64,000 nt of DNA from Pseudomonadota bacterium (GTDB lineage Bacteria; Pseudomonadota; Gammaproteobacteria; Pseudomonadales; Halomonadaceae): contig JBNJKT010000010.1 of assembly GCA_051751285.1 (NCBI GenBank), positions 20,006 to 84,005 on the forward strand, read 5' to 3'. The position numbers and the translations under genes are program-made. The notes beneath the pieces are model-generated. The model was not told the DNA's origin. It saw only the letters and a list, made by a program, of their open reading frames with translations, and ran no database searches. This document shows positions 62,817 through 64,000 of this stretch, piece by piece. Within the stretch, counting starts at the first letter, position 1. Each line of letters opens with the position of its first letter.

Positions 62817-62927
62817 GCTTGCACTCCGAACGTTGTTGTTGGCGGAACTTCCGGCCTGTCGACCGGCATATCAGCAGACTAGGCGTTGATGTGTTGACTA
62901 ATCAAACCCGTCAGTGTTGTTTTTACA

Positions 62928-63863
62928 TCAACGCGCAGCACTCAGAAGGCGAGGGGCATCGGCATTGAAAAAGCGCATACCACTGCAGAGGTGTTCCAGA
63001 CAGGCATTCGTGGCCACCGTGAGCTCGCGGCCGGTTAGGCTTACGATCTGGGCTCGCGCATCACTGAGTAGCCCATACGCCATGGGGAGCACGGCGATAT
63101 CCCCTTGCTGGACCTCTTCGGCCACGGTCAACTCGGGCATGAAGGTTACGCCGATGCCCGAGCGCACGAAATTCTTCAGCACGGCCACGGAGTTGGTATG
63201 CAAGCGGGCATTCAGAAAGATGCGTTCCTGATGGGCCACGGCATTGATCATCTGGCGCATGCCGAAGGGGTTGTCCATCAGGCCGATCGGCCATCGCACC
63301 AGGTCCTGCAGGGCAACCGGCCGCGGTAAATGGGCTAGTTCGTGGTCGGTGGGGACGATCAGGTCCAGCGGTTGGCGCGTCTCCACATGGCAGGTCAGTT
63401 GCGGGTCGACGGGCGGCGCGTAGAGGAGGGCGAGCTCGACCTCGCGATCCTTGACCAGCGCCTTGGCTTCGTTGACGCCGGCCATCACCACCTCCAGTTC
63501 GATACCGGGATAGGTGGTCATGAAAGACTGCAGGGGTGCCGATATCAAATCGGCAATGAAGCCTTCGCCCACCGCTATCCGGACCTGGCCGCTGACCAGT
63601 CCCTGCAGCGCTGACAGGCGGGAGACCACGGCATCTTCAGCCGCCTGCTGGCGATGGTAATGGTCGACGAGCAGGCGCCCCGCCTCGGTCACCTTGATAC
63701 CGCCGGCATGGCGTTCCAGCAGCCGAATGTCGAGATTTTCCTCGAGAGAACGTATCTGCCGACTGATGGCCGAGACATCGATACCGAGGTAGGTGGCCGC
63801 CTTGCGTAGTGAGCCGCGACGAATCACTTCGCTCAGGTAGGAAAGGGCGCGGGTGTTGAGCAT
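62928..63863 (-). CDS. LysR-family transcriptional regulator
   Basis: MLNTRALSYLSEVIRRGSLRKAATYLGIDVSAISRQIRSLEE HTH plus a LysR substrate-binding domain. Confidence 0.85.
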   Translation of the reverse strand: MLNTRALSYLSEVIRRGSLRKAATYLGIDVSAISRQIRSLEENLDIRLLERHAGGIKVTEAGRLLVDHYHRQQAAEDAVVSRLSALQGLVSGQVRIAVGEGFIADLISAPLQSFMTTYPGIELEVVMAGVNEAKALVKDREVELALLYAPPVDPQLTCHVETRQPLDLIVPTDHELAHLPRPVALQDLVRWPIGLMDNPFGMRQMINAVAHQERIFLNARLHTNSVAVLKNFVRSGIGVTFMPELTVAEEVQQGDIAVLPMAYGLLSDARAQIVSLTGRELTVATNACLEHLCSGMRFFNADAPRLLSAAR

Positions 63864-64000
63864 CGGCCTTATTTCCTCGTGTCGGTCTTGAAGGGGGAGT
63901 CGGCGTCCGGAGGAGTTCACCATACCTCGGCGCAGCAGGCACCGCAGAGTCGCATGGATCCTCATGGCGGCGTCGACGGACCTGAGAAGGCCCTTCGCCC

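Overview
High-GC gammaproteobacterial chromosome segment. A Halomonas/Oceanospirillales-like origin is inferred from gene content and TGTAGGAGC..GCTTGC REP repeats, not from any search. The window is almost entirely housekeeping or metabolic: arfB', a coiled-coil membrane protein, apbC/mrp, dcd, purN, purM, an AI-2E transporter, hda, phasin and fumC. It continues with phnDCEE, glpR-glpD, a DJ-1 protein, glpK plus a GlpD-like gene, two tRNA-Val, msrC-like GAF and metNIQ. Then come ribE, a purine/pyrimidine salvage block (NCS2 permease, apt, gpt, ung, upp ... uraA), a glycerol-type ABC transporter cluster with a second GlpD-like paralog, and a Moco operon (mobAB-moeA-moaCD-moaE-moaA). The remainder holds a small H-NS-like protein, RNase J, a cystine-type ABC transporter, two c-di-GMP sensor proteins (one with a LOV domain), and a LysR-TRAP-dipeptidase operon. 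The clear outlier is a 1.72 kb insertion exactly between purM and purN. It carries an intact-looking IscB (PLMP-RuvC-bridge helix-HNH-RuvC-TID, a Cas9-ancestor OMEGA nuclease) preceded by a 283-nt hairpin-rich non-coding region that fits an omegaRNA. No tnpA, cas genes or CRISPR array are present. Secondary observations are a glpF remnant upstream of glpK, a recurring GlpR-operator-like palindrome, and the glycerol ABC cluster splitting upp from uraA. Others are riboswitch-like leaders upstream of metNIQ and the purine permease, an in-frame MoaC-MoaD fusion, and an H-NS N-domain protein ending in an AT-hook. All calls come from reading the supplied ORF translations and the DNA by eye; no database search was run.
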